Shown here piece by piece: positions 62,431 to 64,000 of a DNA stretch of 64,000 nucleotides. The stretch is from Podarcis vaucheri. Lineage: Eukaryota. The DNA is taken from NCBI GenBank assembly GCA_965113315.1, contig OZ220377.1, one strand, 5' to 3'. Both the position numbers and the translations under genes were made by a program. Below the pieces are notes generated by a model that did no database searches, had not been told where the DNA came from, and was given only the letters and a program-made list of their open reading frames with translations. Every line of letters starts with the position of its first letter. The stretch's first letter is position 1.

Positions 62431-64000
62431 TCATAGAATCATAGAATCATAGAGTTGGAAGAGACCACAAGGGCCATCGAGTCCAACCCCCTGCCAAGCA
62501 GGAAACACCATCAGAGCACTCCTGACATATGGTTGTCAAGCCTCTGCTTAAAGACCTCCAAGGAAGGAGACTCCACCACACTCCTTGGCAGCAAATTCCA
62601 TTGTCGAACAGCTCTCACTGTCAGGAAGTTCTTCCTAATGTTTAGGTGGAATCTTCTTTCTTGTAGTTTGGATCCATTGCTCCGTGTCCGCTTCTCCGGA
62701 GCAGCAGAAAACAACCTTTCTCCCTCCTCCATGTGACATCCTTTTATATATTTGAACATGGCTATCATATCACCCCTCAACCTCCTCTTCTCCAGGCTAA
62801 ACATGCCCAGCTCCCTTAGCCGTTCCTCATAAGGCATCGTTTCCAGGCCTTTGACCATTTTGGTTGCCCTCCTCTGGACACGTTCCAGTTTGTCAGTGTC
62901 CTTCTTGAATTGTGGTGCCCAGAACTGGACACAGTACTCCAGGTGTGGTCTGACCAGAGCAGAATACAGTGGCACTATTACTTCCCTTGATCTAGATGCT
63001 ATACTCCTATTGATGCAGCCCAGAATTGCATTGGCTTTTTTAGCTGCCGCGTCACACTGTTGGCTCATGTCAAGTTTGTGGTCAACCAAGACTCCTAGAT
63101 CCTTTTCACATGTACTGCTCTCAAGCCAGGTGTCACCCATCTTGTATTTGTGCCTCTCATTTTTTTTGCCCAAGTGCAATACTTTACATTTCTCCCTGTT
63201 AAAATTCATCTTGTTTATTTTTGCCCAGTTCTCTAATCTGTCAAGGTCGTTTTGAAGTGTGATCCTGTCCTCTGGGGTGTTAGCCACCCCTCCCAGTTTG
63301 GTGTCATCTGCAAATTTGATCAGGATGCCCTTGAGTCCATCATCCAAGTCGTTGATAAAGATGTTGAATAAGACCGGGCCCAAGACAGAACCCTGTGGCA
63401 CCCCACTAGTCACTCTTCTCCAGGATGAAGAGGAACCATTGATGAGCACCCTTTGGGTTCGGTCAGTCAGCCAGTTACAAATCCACTGAGTGGTAGCATA
63501 GTCAAGACCGCATTTTACCAGCTTCTTTACAAGAATATCATGGGACACCTTGTCAAATGCCTTGCTGAAATCAAGGTAGGCTACATCCACTGCGTTCCCT
63601 TCATCTACCAGGCTTGTAATTCTGTCAAAAAACGAGATCAGGTTAGTCTGACATGACTTATTTTTCAGAAATCCATGCTGACTATTGGTGATCACAGCAT
63701 TCCTTTCTAGGTGCTCACAGACTGTTTGCTTAACGATCTGCTCCAGAATCTTCCCTGCTATTGATGTCAGACTGACTGGGCGGTAATTATTTGGGTCCTC
63801 TCTTTTCCCCTTTTTGAAAATAGGGACAACATTTGCCCTCCTCCAGTCTGCCGGGACTTCGCCTGTTCTCCAGGAATTCTCAAAGATGACTGCCAGTGGT
63901 TCTGAGATCACATCTGCCAGTTCTTTTAATACTCTTGGATGCAGTTCATCTGGCCCTGGAGACTTGAATACATCTAAACTAGCCAAATATTCTTGTACTA
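62431..64000 (-). mobile_element. Very young CR1 LINE running off the window edge
   Basis: (CATAGAAT)n tail at 62431; uninterrupted ORF2. Confidence 0.97.
62511..64000 (-). CDS. CR1 ORF2 reverse transcriptase domain and C-terminus (partial, open at window end)
   Basis: At least 491 aa without stops: [45 protein letters not shown]. The frame stays open to position 64000. Confidence 0.93.
   Translation of the reverse strand, partial: VQEYLASLDVFKSPGPDELHPRVLKELADVISEPLAVIFENSWRTGEVPADWRRANVVPIFKKGKREDPNNYRPVSLTSIAGKILEQIVKQTVCEHLERNAVITNSQHGFLKNKSCQTNLISFFDRITSLVDEGNAVDVAYLDFSKAFDKVSHDILVKKLVKCGLDYATTQWICNWLTDRTQRVLINGSSSSWRRVTSGVPQGSVLGPVLFNIFINDLDDGLKGILIKFADDTKLGGVANTPEDRITLQNDLDRLENWAKINKMNFNREKCKVLHLGKKNERHKYKMGDTWLESSTCEKDLGVLVDHKLDMSQQCDAAAKKANAILGCINRSIASRSREVIVPLYSALVRPHLEYCVQFWAPQFKKDTDKLERVQRRATKMVKGLETMPYEERLRELGMFSLEKRRLRGDMIAMFKYIKGCHMEEGERLFSAAPEKRTRSNGSKLQERRFHLNIRKNFLTVRAVRQWNLLPRSVVESPSLEVFKQRLDNHMSGVL

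Noticed and set aside
62455-62736. Recurrent 93-aa ORF MEETTRAIESNPLP.. (four copies)
   Set aside because: Antisense frame of the CR1 3' end with a non-ATG start; recurrence reflects repeat identity.

Overview
Eukaryotic (vertebrate) DNA, almost certainly a squamate reptile and probably a lacertid lizard; this is inferred from Sauria SINEs, BovB, CR1, tRNA-headed SINEs and many hAT/Tc1 MITEs. The window lies inside one host gene on the + strand, PEBP4. Two small coding exons are visible (29823-29868, 46 nt; 35270-35386, 117 nt) and splice in frame to GADLKKGNPKGRVLT-D-YRRPTPPPNSGYHRYQFLLYEQP...SL-G. I could not find the preceding DPDAP exon or the terminal exon. The rest is intron filled with transposons: very young CR1 copies (one with an open RT ORF running off the window end), a full-length BovB with an 11-bp TSD, L1 and L2 fragments, SINEs, MITEs and solo LTRs. 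The most unusual items are: (i) a 233-bp near-perfect inverted Penelope-like pLTR pair, each arm carrying a minimal hammerhead-ribozyme core, nested in L1 inside L2; (ii) an orphan, CpG-decayed copy of what looks like the AEBP2 first exon with promoter-like upstream sequence; (iii) a hATm-like transposase relic that may be horizontally acquired; (iv) near-identical inverted CR1 copies bracketing the two PEBP4 exons. All family names come from motif recognition by eye and memory, not from database searches. Most entries in the ORF track are spurious or are antisense readings of TEs.
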